A stretch of DNA of 64,000 bases from a bacterium. Its GTDB lineage: Bacteria; Patescibacteriota; Minisyncoccia; Phycocordibacterales; UBA2100. The stretch is taken from contig JAUSHX010000013.1 of NCBI GenBank assembly GCA_030648265.1, positions 3,030 to 67,029 of the forward strand. The letters run 5' to 3'. Under the pieces are notes generated by a model that made no database searches, was not told the DNA's origin, and saw only the letters and a program-made list of their open reading frames with translations. A program made the translations under genes and the position numbers. This document shows, piece after piece, positions 19,794 to 28,773 of the stretch (its first letter is position 1; every line of letters begins with the position of its first letter).

Positions 19794-20606
19794 TTATTTG
19801 ATGTAGTCCCCGTAACCCTTCTTTTCTATGGCAGTCGCGAGCGTACTGGTTCCTGATTTTATGATTTTTCCTTTGTGCATTATGTGGACGCGGTCGGGCT
19901 TAATCCAGCGCAAAATGCGATTGTAGTGCGTGATGATTAGGAGAGTTACTCCGCGCGCGCGGAGTCGGGATATTTGTTTGGCAACAAGTTTGAGCGCGTC
20001 AATATCAAGTCCTGAATCAATTTCATCAATGACGATAAGTTGTGCGGGCAGGAGCGAAAGCTGGAGAATTTCCATTTTCTTTTTTTCTCCTCCGGAAAAC
20101 CCTTCGTTCAGAGAGCACGAGAGAAAATCTTTGGAAATCTTCAAAGTGTTTGCAGTGTCTTTAATTTCCTCCCTGAAATCCGCCATTTTGAAATCCTTGC
20201 CCTTCCCCTTGAAATTGCGGACAGCGGCTGTCAGAAGATTCGTTACTGAAACTCCGGAAACTGTTTGCGGATTCTGGAACGCGAGCAAAACTCCCGCGCG
20301 CGCAATTTCGTCGGTCTTCATCTTGGAAAGCATGTGCTTGCCGAATGTTATTGAGCCGCGGGAAATCTTGTACTGCGGATTCGCGAGCAGTGTGTTTCCG
20401 AGCGTTGACTTGCCGGAGCCGTTCGGCCCCATCAAGACGCAGGTCTGCCCCCTCCGCACGACAAGGTTGATGCCGTTCAAAATAGGATTCCCTGCCCCGC
20501 CGTGCCCCGTAGCCGCTTGCGTGGTACTGGGGTAGCCAGCGCGAAGCCCTGTGGTACTGGGGTTTTCAAGCCGTACATGGAGATTTTTTATAGTGAGGGT
20601 GGACAT
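19794..20606 (-). CDS. sufC: Fe-S assembly ATPase SufC (N-terminal in-frame insertion)
   Basis: MGPNGSGKST, FSGGEKK, DEIDSGLDID and ITHY motifs. Confidence 0.96.
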   Translation of the reverse strand: MSTLTIKNLHVRLENPSTTGLRAGYPSTTQAATGHGGAGNPILNGINLVVRRGQTCVLMGPNGSGKSTLGNTLLANPQYKISRGSITFGKHMLSKMKTDEIARAGVLLAFQNPQTVSGVSVTNLLTAAVRNFKGKGKDFKMADFREEIKDTANTLKISKDFLSCSLNEGFSGGEKKKMEILQLSLLPAQLIVIDEIDSGLDIDALKLVAKQISRLRARGVTLLIITHYNRILRWIKPDRVHIMHKGKIIKSGTSTLATAIEKKGYGDYIK

Positions 20607-20734
20607 AATAATTCATCACTACAGGCCACGCGAGGCCGTATTATGAGGCTCGATTTGCCTGCACACAAGTATTGGCCTTTCCGCAATCTATTGAGCCTTT
20701 CCCACACTCCAAGGGTAATCCTTGGAGTGAGTTG

Positions 20735-21481
20735 TCATGCACGGCTAGCGGGTACAACCCTCTCAATCCATGCAGAAATTAGTGTGGAGGCCACAGGAGA
20801 TTCCCTCACAACGGATTCTGGCTTTACTCCTTCCGGCAAGTAGCCGAATTCTTTGAGACGTGCCGCGAACTTGGAATAATTCACTTCCGGATGAAATTGA
20901 AACGTATACGCTTTCTCGCCATAGCGCAGTGCGCTGAATTTGCATGCACGACCGTCCGCGAGAAGCAATGAACCGGAAGGAAGTACAGTAACAGAGTCTT
21001 TATGTCCGTATTGTGCGACAAAGCTTTTTGGGAAACCATTAAATAGCGGGTCGCCTTCTCCGTCAGGAGTCAAGTTCACTTCATGCGAGCCGACTTTCTT
21101 TTGCTCTAAATCACTCTCAACAACGCCCCCGTGCATCTGCGCAATAATCTGATGTCCGAAACAAATTCCCAAAACGGGAAGATTCTGCGCGAACGCATAC
21201 GTAATAAAGAGACGGGTCCGCGAAAGGATTATCGCCGCCATAATGCGAGCGGGATCTTTTTCTCTCCGTCCACCGTGCAGGTCAAAATCCGAGGAACCGC
21301 CGAATATGGCGCCATCGTATCCGGAGAGCACCTCGTCGGGCATTGTCCATGCCAACCGCTCATCAAGCGCTGAAAGAAACTCAAGCTCCGCAAGCTTACC
21401 AACCGCGCGCCGGAAATTCTCTTGTTCTATGTGAATCATCTCCGGAGTCTGCCGCGATTGAATGAGGAGGATTTTCTTCAC
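20735..21481 (-). CDS. Type 1 glutamine amidotransferase
   Basis: GICFGHQ nucleophile elbow and QFHPE. Confidence 0.9.
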   Translation of the reverse strand: MKKILLIQSRQTPEMIHIEQENFRRAVGKLAELEFLSALDERLAWTMPDEVLSGYDGAIFGGSSDFDLHGGRREKDPARIMAAIILSRTRLFITYAFAQNLPVLGICFGHQIIAQMHGGVVESDLEQKKVGSHEVNLTPDGEGDPLFNGFPKSFVAQYGHKDSVTVLPSGSLLLADGRACKFSALRYGEKAYTFQFHPEVNYSKFAARLKEFGYLPEGVKPESVVRESPVASTLISAWIERVVPASRA

Positions 21482-21566
21482 TCCTCCACTATACCTCGTG
21501 AGATAACAAGCCCAAATGCCCGTCCATATTTTGCCTCATAGTGCAAAGGAGGGATGTTGCTTTTAA

Positions 21567-22073
21567 TTATTCTTCCTCGTCACGCTCAATGATATGCAAA
21601 GAGTCTTTGCAGAGAGTAAAACACATATCCGGAATAACAATCGTCATATGCTGGACGGATTTGACATACATTCTCCCTTGCTGGACGGTTGCCGAAAATG
21701 GGACGTTCATTTGCGAGAAAGTTTGATGCTCTGGCCGGACACCCTGTACTGAACCCCTGTAATTTAGTGTTGCATTTACCGCATTTCTATTTTCACTTTT
21801 AATGGTCCCCAATTTTGAAGCGGCTTTTTTACATATATCTGCAACCGGCAGATTCTCATTTAATCCTATCTTTGACAACTCTAATGCTAATTCCAACGGA
21901 GAAACAACTACAGTCTTGACTGAACAAGGAATAAAATTTATTTCTTTCTCTGTTATTTGCCTGGTCTCTTTTCTCTCCGGCGTTATATTGCCAGCCGTTG
22001 TCATTACGCCATCTTTAACTTCTTTGAGCTTTGCGATACCGAGCCTCTTGTCTAACTTCTTTTCAGAATCCAT
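21567..22073 (-). CDS. Hypothetical protein
   Basis: 168-aa ORF co-oriented after ilvA; no recognised motif. Confidence 0.6.
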   Translation of the reverse strand: MDSEKKLDKRLGIAKLKEVKDGVMTTAGNITPERKETRQITEKEINFIPCSVKTVVVSPLELALELSKIGLNENLPVADICKKAASKLGTIKSENRNAVNATLNYRGSVQGVRPEHQTFSQMNVPFSATVQQGRMYVKSVQHMTIVIPDMCFTLCKDSLHIIERDEEE

Positions 22074-22088
22074 AACGTCCTAGCTTTC

Positions 22089-23351
22089 CTAAATCAGGAA
22101 AGAGAAAATCGGACTGTCTTTTTCAATGACTTCGTATGACATGCCGATTTTGTCCATACGCTTTAAGAGCGGTTTGAAATCTTCCCTTCTGGCAAGTTCA
22201 ATTCCGATGAGCGCGGGCCCGTTCTCGCGGTTGTTTTTCTTCGTGTACTCAAAAAGTGTGATGTCGTCGGTCGGGCCCAGCGCCTCGTTCAGGTAGCGTT
22301 TAAGCGCTCCGGGACGCTGTGAGAAGTTCACCATAAAGTAATGTTTAAGGCCCTGATACACGAGGCTTCGCTCTATCACTTCCGGATACCGGCTGATGTC
22401 GTTGTTGCCTCCGCTTACGATGCACACAACAGTTTTTCCCTTCAATTCAGGCCCAATCTGGTCAAGTGCGGCGATTGAAAGAGCGCCTGCCGGTTCCGCG
22501 ACAATCCCGTCGCGCTGATAGAGAGAAATCATCGTCTCGCAGACCTTTCCTTCGGGAACGAGAATTAATTTGTCCAGCACCTTTTTGCAAAGCTTGAAAG
22601 TGAGGTCGCCCACGGTCCGCACGGCCGCACCGTCAACGAAAGTGTCCAGTTTCTCCAGAGTAACTACTTTCCCCGCTTTGAGAGCTTGGTCCATGGCCGG
22701 AGCTCCTGCCGGTTCTACCCCGATAATTTTCGTTGAAGGGCTCTTCCACTTAAAGTACGAGCCGAGGCCGGAACATAGTCCTCCGCCACCTATCGGTACG
22801 ACCACATAATCAATTTTTTCTCCGCTCTTGGTGGACAATTGTTCAAGAATCTCCGCGCCGACCGTTCCCTGCCCCGCGATGACGAGCGGGTCGTTGAAGG
22901 GGTGCACAAAAACACGCTTCTTTTTCTGCGCTACGCTTTTTGCTTCCGCGAAAGCTTCGTCAAATGTGTCGCCGTAGAGTTCTATGGTGACATACGGGCC
23001 ACCCAAGCTCCGCACGCGGTCAATTTTTTGGCGCGGCGTATTTCGCGGCATGAAAATAATGCCGTGCGTTTTGAGCGCCTTGCAGCTGAAGGCCACGCCC
23101 TGCGCATGGTTGCCCGCGCTCGCGCACACGACACCCCTCTTTTTTTCCGCCGAGGAGAGCACGCGCATCCTGTTGTACGCTCCGCGCAATTTGTACGAAC
23201 GTACGACCTGCAAATCCTCGCGCTTCAGATAAATCTTCGCGCTAAAGTGCTGGGATAATCCGGCGTGAAATTGCAGAGGTGTTTCATTCACAACGCCCCG
23301 CAAGTGCTCGCGCGCCTCTTCTACAAGCATTGGTTCAAATGTCTTTGCCAT
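22089..23351 (-). CDS. ilvA: Threonine dehydratase (short form with C-terminal regulatory domain)
   Basis: KREDLQVVRSYKLRGA, SAGNHAQG, PIGGGGL and SGGNND motifs. Confidence 0.97.
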   Translation of the reverse strand: MAKTFEPMLVEEAREHLRGVVNETPLQFHAGLSQHFSAKIYLKREDLQVVRSYKLRGAYNRMRVLSSAEKKRGVVCASAGNHAQGVAFSCKALKTHGIIFMPRNTPRQKIDRVRSLGGPYVTIELYGDTFDEAFAEAKSVAQKKKRVFVHPFNDPLVIAGQGTVGAEILEQLSTKSGEKIDYVVVPIGGGGLCSGLGSYFKWKSPSTKIIGVEPAGAPAMDQALKAGKVVTLEKLDTFVDGAAVRTVGDLTFKLCKKVLDKLILVPEGKVCETMISLYQRDGIVAEPAGALSIAALDQIGPELKGKTVVCIVSGGNNDISRYPEVIERSLVYQGLKHYFMVNFSQRPGALKRYLNEALGPTDDITLFEYTKKNNRENGPALIGIELARREDFKPLLKRMDKIGMSYEVIEKDSPIFSFLI

Positions 23352-23374
23352 AATATTAAGGGTTTACGAAACCA

Positions 23375-23752
23375 CTATTTTATAAGGGCCACACAGGAAA
23401 TTTCAATGAGCGCGTTCTTCGGCAATGCTGATACGCCAACTGTGGCGCGAGCTGGTTTGTGCTCGCCAAATGTTTCTGCATACACCTCATTCATGTCTTT
23501 AAAATCATTTATATCGCGCAGGTAGATGTTCACGCTCGCGACCGAATCAAAACCAACTCCCGCGGCTTGAAGAACTTCCTCAAGATTCTTAAATATCTGC
23601 TCGGTCTGCTCTTTGATTCCGCCTTTTACAAACTCCCCCGTTGCGGGGTCAGTAGGAATCTGACCCGAGCAAAAAACCAGATTTCCTGCCACAACCGCCT
23701 GCGAATACGGCCCTATTGCTTTTGGTGCCTTATCTGTGTGAATTGGCTTCAT
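23375..23752 (-). CDS. ridA: RidA family reactive-intermediate deaminase
   Basis: APKAIGPYSQA, SGQIP and PARATV motifs. Confidence 0.95.
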   Translation of the reverse strand: MKPIHTDKAPKAIGPYSQAVVAGNLVFCSGQIPTDPATGEFVKGGIKEQTEQIFKNLEEVLQAAGVGFDSVASVNIYLRDINDFKDMNEVYAETFGEHKPARATVGVSALPKNALIEISCVALIK

Positions 23753-23877
23753 GTTAGAGATTCTTAGCGAATGATAATGAGATTAGAAGCTCTTACACCC
23801 AGCACCTTTGTTTCATTGAGAAACGAAGGTGCTGGGTCAAGAATATGTAATTCGCTCTGCTCATAACATCTTCTAGA
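23750..23877 (-). repeat. Family A element #2 (17-nt loop tgtttcattgagaaacg)
   Basis: catgttag...cttacacccagcacctt-loop-aaggtgctgggt...ttcgctctgctc. Confidence 0.9.
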
Positions 23878-23912
23878 CATTACTACAGAGGTTATGCGTT
23901 GACAATGTTTTA

Positions 23913-24560
23913 TCACTCCTTTCGTTTCGCTCGCTCAATAAACAACTTTACCTTTTCCAAATCTTTTGTTCCATCAGGATTTGATACGCCGGAATTCACA
24001 TCAACCGCGTACGGATTCACGGTTTTGATTGCTTCTTCTACGTTATCGGGATTCAGGCCGCCCGCAAGAATGACGGGAATAGAAATTGATTCAACAATCT
24101 TCCGGCTGATATTCCAGTCGTGCGTACGCCCGGTCCCGCCGCGTACGCCGGTCTCTTTATTGAGCGTGTCCAGCGCGATTGCATCCGCCGCCTTCTCATA
24201 TTTTTTAGCTTCTGCAATAGAGTTTTCATCAGCGACGTTGAGGACTTTCCACACCTGTACTGCTAGTGCCTTTTTGACCTGAAGAATAGTTTCGGGCGTT
24301 GCGTCCCCATAGAGTTGGAGAATCTTGGCGCCTGTCGCTCGCGCAAGTTCTATCAATCGCTCTGATTCCACGACGCTCGTCACCATCACGCTGGATACGG
24401 AGGCCGGAAGCTTCGCGATAATCTTGGCGGCATTCTCCGATTCAAGGGGCGCACGCGCTCCTGTAAGCCCCACGTGGAATCCAAGCGCGTCCGCACCCGC
24501 CGCAAGAGCGGCAAGGGCATCTTCTTCTGAACGAATCCCGCAGATTTTAATTATGGCCAT
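23913..24560 (-). CDS. trpF: Phosphoribosylanthranilate isomerase
   Basis: IKICGI, GGTGRTHDW, LAGGLNPDNV and VDVNSGV motifs. Confidence 0.96.
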   Translation of the reverse strand: MAIIKICGIRSEEDALAALAAGADALGFHVGLTGARAPLESENAAKIIAKLPASVSSVMVTSVVESERLIELARATGAKILQLYGDATPETILQVKKALAVQVWKVLNVADENSIAEAKKYEKAADAIALDTLNKETGVRGGTGRTHDWNISRKIVESISIPVILAGGLNPDNVEEAIKTVNPYAVDVNSGVSNPDGTKDLEKVKLFIERAKRKE

Positions 24561-24566
24561 GGTACG

Positions 24567-24574
24567 AGTATACT
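24567..24574. promoter_or_regulatory. Palindromic bidirectional -10 box (AGTATACT) between divergent trpF and trpC
   Basis: TATACT on both strands, 6-7 nt from each start codon, in a 21-bp gap. Confidence 0.6.
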
Positions 24575-24581
24575 GTAAAGT

Positions 24582-25382
24582 GTGAGGAAAAACATTAACA
24601 TCTTAGACGAAATAGTGGAAACAAAGTGGATGGAGCTTGAAACTCTGAAAGCAATTCGGCCGCTCAAATCCCTTCAGGAAGAAGCCGGGAATTTTAAGCC
24701 CGAGAAACGCCCGTTCCGCGCACTGTTTGAGAAAGGACGTGTATTGATGGTAGAAATAAAACCACGCTCGCCTTCGGTAGAAAATCTTATCTCGGATTCA
24801 CCGCTCTCAATCGCAGACCTCTATGCAAAAAGCAATGCCGATGTGATTTCGGTCTTGACCGATGCCAAGTATTTCGGCGGTAGTGTTGAACTGCTGCGGC
24901 AGGTGCGCGCACGAGTTCCACAGGCGATTCTCCGCAAAGATTTTATTGTTGATGAATATCAGGTGTATGAAACGTTTCTTTTGCCCGCGGACGCGTATTT
25001 ATTGATTGCATCGCTACTGACGGATAGCGAACTCGCGCATTTAATCAAACTTGGGGCATCGCTCGGATTGGACGCCCTCGTCGAAGTGCGTGATGAAAAA
25101 GATATAGCAAAGGCGCTCCGCGCGGGAGCTTGCATCATAGGAATCAATAATCGCGATTTGATGACTTTCTATACTGATATTTCAGTCACAGAAAAACTTA
25201 TGAAGAGTATGCCGCAGAATACATTTGTCATTAGCGAGTCCGGTATCATGACTCCCAAAGACGCAGAGAGGGTGCGCAAATGCGGTATCAGCGGTATTCT
25301 GGTTGGTACATCAGTACTTCTATCAAAAGACCCTGTCAAAATGATAAACGAATTGAAAGAAGCACTAACCGCGCATGACTAG
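24582..25382 (+). CDS. trpC: Indole-3-glycerol phosphate synthase
   Basis: EIKPRSPS, ISVLTD, LRKDFI, GINNRDL and SESGI motifs. Confidence 0.96.
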   Translation: MRKNINILDEIVETKWMELETLKAIRPLKSLQEEAGNFKPEKRPFRALFEKGRVLMVEIKPRSPSVENLISDSPLSIADLYAKSNADVISVLTDAKYFGGSVELLRQVRARVPQAILRKDFIVDEYQVYETFLLPADAYLLIASLLTDSELAHLIKLGASLGLDALVEVRDEKDIAKALRAGACIIGINNRDLMTFYTDISVTEKLMKSMPQNTFVISESGIMTPKDAERVRKCGISGILVGTSVLLSKDPVKMINELKEALTAHD

Positions 25383-26586
25383 GAGAATCAAGTACGGAGG
25401 GGCATACGTACCGGAGATGCTTTGGGACACGCTCCGCAAGCTTAGTGCGGAATTCGAGAGCGCAAAAAAGGATGCGGGATTTCAGAGCGAGTTCCAAGAC
25501 CTTCTCCGGAATTTCTCTGGTCGTCCGACACCGCTTATCTTCGCCGTGCGCGCAACCAGTGACCTCGGCGGTGCAAAAGTGTACCTTAAAAATGAGGGCG
25601 CCAATCACACCGGCGCGCACAAGATAACGCACTGTCTTGGCCAAGGACTTCTCGCGAAGCGCCTCGGAAAGAAGATGCTCATCGCGGAAACGGGGGCGGG
25701 CCAACACGGCGTGGCTACCGCCACGGTCGCCGCCAAATTGGGCTTGGACTGCGTCGTATTCATGGGAAGCGAAGATATCAAGCGCCAGCGACCCAACGTC
25801 TTTTTGATGGAGCGTCTGGGCACAAAAGTCGTCGCGGTGGAATACGGCAGCAAGACACTCAAAGACGCGGTGAACGAGGCGTTGAAATTCTGGATGGAGC
25901 ATCTGGACGAGGCGCACTACTGCATCGGCTCGGTCTTGGGGCCCGCCCCCTACCCCGAAATGAACCGCTATTTCCAATCAGTCATCGGGCGTGAAATCCG
26001 CGCGGAACTCATAGAGCGCCGGCACAAACTCCCCGACGCAGTCGTTGCCTGCGTCGGCGGCGGCTCCAATGCCATGGGAAGTTTTTATGAATTTATTAAG
26101 GAGAAATCTGTGCGTCTTATCGGCGTGGAGGCAGGAGGCACCGGTACAAAAATGGGAGAACACGCATCGCGCAAAATCGCGGGCGAGCCCGGCATATTTC
26201 AAGGATACAAATCACTCTTCCTCCAGACGGAAGAAGGTCAAATTGCGCCCACGCACTCTATCTCTGCAGGCCTTGATTATCCGGGGGTCGGCCCCGAGCT
26301 CGCAGACCTGTACACGAACGGCCGCGTGGAACTCACATACGCAACGGATGCGGAAGCGGTTTCAGCAGTGGATTACTTCGCGAAGCTAGAGGGTGTTATT
26401 TCCGCGCTTGAGAGCGCGCACGCGCTCGCGGAGGTGCGCAAAATTGCACCGACAATGCCCAAAGACGCAATCGTTGTCGCTACCCTCTCCGGTCGCGGCG
26501 ACAAAGACCTTTTCAACTTCGCCCGCGCGTTCAAAGACGAAAGCTTCCGCGACTTTTTGAAGGATGAATACGACCGCCCATATTAG
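25375..26586 (+). CDS. trpB: Tryptophan synthase beta subunit
   Basis: HTGAHK, AETGAGQHG, CVGGGSNA, SAGLDYPGVGP and LSGRGDKD motifs. Confidence 0.98.
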   Translation: MTRRIKYGGAYVPEMLWDTLRKLSAEFESAKKDAGFQSEFQDLLRNFSGRPTPLIFAVRATSDLGGAKVYLKNEGANHTGAHKITHCLGQGLLAKRLGKKMLIAETGAGQHGVATATVAAKLGLDCVVFMGSEDIKRQRPNVFLMERLGTKVVAVEYGSKTLKDAVNEALKFWMEHLDEAHYCIGSVLGPAPYPEMNRYFQSVIGREIRAELIERRHKLPDAVVACVGGGSNAMGSFYEFIKEKSVRLIGVEAGGTGTKMGEHASRKIAGEPGIFQGYKSLFLQTEEGQIAPTHSISAGLDYPGVGPELADLYTNGRVELTYATDAEAVSAVDYFAKLEGVISALESAHALAEVRKIAPTMPKDAIVVATLSGRGDKDLFNFARAFKDESFRDFLKDEYDRPY

Positions 26587-26593
26587 ACATCCG

Positions 26594-27364
26594 ATGTCTA
26601 ACTTTATGAACAAGCTTGACCAACTGTTCGCGGAAAAGAAAAGTGGGCTTTTTATGGCGCACATGATTGCGGGCTATCCAACAATTGAGGATTCGGAAAA
26701 AGTAGCCGAAGCGCTGGCCAAGGGCGGAGCAGACATCATTGAATTGCAAATTCCCTTCTCCGACCCGATGGCCGACGGCCCGGCGATTTCTGTTGCAAGT
26801 GATGAAGCCATTAAGAGTGGCGCGACAGTTGCAAAATCTCTGGCACTTCTTGGAAAAGTGGCGAAGCTTGGAAAGCCGGTGGTGGTGATGACCTATATAA
26901 ATATTCCATTCAGATACGGCATTCCAAAATTTGTGAAAACACTCGCGAAAGCGGGTGCCTCCGCGCTCATCGTCCCCGATTGTCCTTTTGATACCGAAGA
27001 GGGCCGCGAACTTCTTACCGCCTGCAAAGAAAATGATGTGTACCTGATTCCCGTCGTCTCCCCCGGCGTGCCGAAGGAACGCTTGGAGCAACTCGCTAGA
27101 GACGCGTCGGGTTTCGTCTACTGCACCTCGCGCCAAGGCATCACGGGCGCCAACAGCAAATTCGCCAAAGAGCTTTTTGATTTCGTGAAAGAGCTGAAAC
27201 AAGTCTTCAAACTCCCGATAGCCGTCGGCTTCGGCGTAAAATCAAAAGAGGACGTTGCCGAGCTAGCAAAAGTAGCCGACATAGTCATCGCCGGCAGTGT
27301 GTTCATTAACACAGTTAAGAATCGTGGGGATGTCGAAAAATTGACACTCATGTTAACTCGATGA
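26594..27364 (+). CDS. trpA: Tryptophan synthase alpha subunit
   Basis: IELQIPFSDPMADGP, GITG and AVGFG motifs; start is uncertain (26564, 26594 or 26606). Confidence 0.96.
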   Translation: MSNFMNKLDQLFAEKKSGLFMAHMIAGYPTIEDSEKVAEALAKGGADIIELQIPFSDPMADGPAISVASDEAIKSGATVAKSLALLGKVAKLGKPVVVMTYINIPFRYGIPKFVKTLAKAGASALIVPDCPFDTEEGRELLTACKENDVYLIPVVSPGVPKERLEQLARDASGFVYCTSRQGITGANSKFAKELFDFVKELKQVFKLPIAVGFGVKSKEDVAELAKVADIVIAGSVFINTVKNRGDVEKLTLMLTR

Positions 27365-28107
27365 AAGAGATCTCGGACGGCAAATTGAAGAGTAACACGC
27401 GGAATCAAGTCGCTCGACAATTACGACATCTCCGCTCCGTAGAAGCGATCGGTGATGCAAAAGACTCCTATGAAATGAATCGTAGCGGTTCTGAGTATAT
27501 CTCCAACTTTAATGGAGTTAAGACGTTGTTCGAGTATACAAAAAAGTTACAGAGCCAGGTTATCCTTGACCTGGGCGCTGGGACGGCTAGGGCCATACGC
27601 GAAATATCAGAGAGTAATTTGGGGAGCGGGCTCGTATTCAGTGCTACGGTCTTAAGACACAGCCCAGAAATCACTAAGTATCTTGGTATAAGCAAGGTGC
27701 ATATTTCTCCTGTGGAAACTTTAAGGGGTGTGGCGGATTCTTCTATCGGATGCGTTTTGGCAAACCTTTCTATTGCTTACAGTGTTTCACCCAATCTCGC
27801 TGTCAAAAGCATTGACAGAGTTTTAGTTCCTGGCGGAGCTTTAAAGGCCGTCTTTCCTTCGCTGACTCAGAGTATTAAACGCGCAGGTGTGCTTCAAGAC
27901 TCTAGGATATTCAAGCTTGAGCTGGAGTCTATCGGATACGATACATACGAGAATCGCGGACCTCAATTAACCGTTCTCCTAGCAGTTAAACCCGGCAAAG
28001 CGATTGAAGGAGCTGCTCAGAACTTGTATTTTGCTGATGAGCTGACGGTATTCGATCAGCTAACGGACTTCGTACGGGATAGAACTACAAACCGCGCTGG
28101 AGGTTAA
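27361..28107 (+). CDS. Class I SAM-dependent methyltransferase-like protein
   Basis: ILDLGAGTA motif I and RVLVPGG. Confidence 0.7.
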   Translation: MKEISDGKLKSNTRNQVARQLRHLRSVEAIGDAKDSYEMNRSGSEYISNFNGVKTLFEYTKKLQSQVILDLGAGTARAIREISESNLGSGLVFSATVLRHSPEITKYLGISKVHISPVETLRGVADSSIGCVLANLSIAYSVSPNLAVKSIDRVLVPGGALKAVFPSLTQSIKRAGVLQDSRIFKLELESIGYDTYENRGPQLTVLLAVKPGKAIEGAAQNLYFADELTVFDQLTDFVRDRTTNRAGG

Positions 28108-28256
28108 CCGTTCTGCGCACGGTTGCGCAAAAAGTGATCCATAATGACGAGTGAGGACATCGCATCTACTATCGGGACGGCGCGCGGGAGGACGCATGGG
28201 TCGTGGCGGCCCGAGGCTTCGAGTTTTGCTACACCCGCCTTCTTCATTGGAACCAT
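28104..28256 (-). pseudogene. Diverged duplicate of the aroC 3' end (about 45 codons)
   Basis: [46 protein letters not shown] versus Aro[48 protein letters not shown]. Confidence 0.9.
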
Positions 28257-28293
28257 TCGCGCGAATTAGACAATGCAGAAATGCTCGTTTTCT

Positions 28294-28323
28294 TATTCCA
28301 GTCTTTTGCAAAACACTGGAATA
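28294..28323. repeat. Family D palindrome
   Basis: tattccagtcttttgcaaaacactggaata. Confidence 0.8.
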
Positions 28324-28360
28324 GACATGACGTCAGATATTTCTCTCGTTACTGTCTATT

Positions 28361-28398
28361 TCCTTATATGCTTATTCGCGCGAATAAGCATATAAGGA
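28361..28398. repeat. 38-bp perfect palindrome, direct-repeat copy downstream of the hicB-like gene
   Basis: tccttatatgcttattcgc|gcgaataagcatataagga; identical to 28725-28762. Confidence 0.95.
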
Positions 28399-28405
28399 AT
28401 AATGC

Positions 28406-28678
28406 TCATGTGAGAACCGGCATTTTACTAGCGCGAGCAGTGAAGCGAAGATTCCCTTCCTTAACGGCCTCCGAAATAATGCGAGCTTCAATTGCTCCTT
28501 CAATACACTCGACAATCATTTCTTTCGCGTGCGATAAATTCTTGCCCCACGAGACGGTTCCCTGCACTTTTGGCGCAGTTGCAACATATCCGCCCATATC
28601 AACTTCCGGCTCAAAAACAGCCTTAAATGAGCCGTATTTCGTTTTTACAATAGCTGTTTTTATAGAGCTCTTTTTCAT
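28406..28678 (-). CDS. HicB-like antitoxin family protein (orphan)
   Basis: F.AVFEPE..GGYVATAP...G..SWG..L..A.EMI.E.I pattern; no hicA adjacent. Confidence 0.8.
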   Translation of the reverse strand: MKKSSIKTAIVKTKYGSFKAVFEPEVDMGGYVATAPKVQGTVSWGKNLSHAKEMIVECIEGAIEARIISEAVKEGNLRFTARASKMPVLT

Positions 28679-28724
28679 GCTTGTAACTATACAATGCCAT
28701 GTTGGATTTCGCCACTACGTTTAT

Positions 28725-28762
28725 TCCTTATATGCTTATTCGCGCGAATAAGCATATAAGGA
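28725..28762. repeat. 38-bp perfect palindrome, direct-repeat copy upstream of the hicB-like gene
   Basis: Identical to 28361-28398. Confidence 0.95.
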
Positions 28763-28773
28763 GTTATAACATT

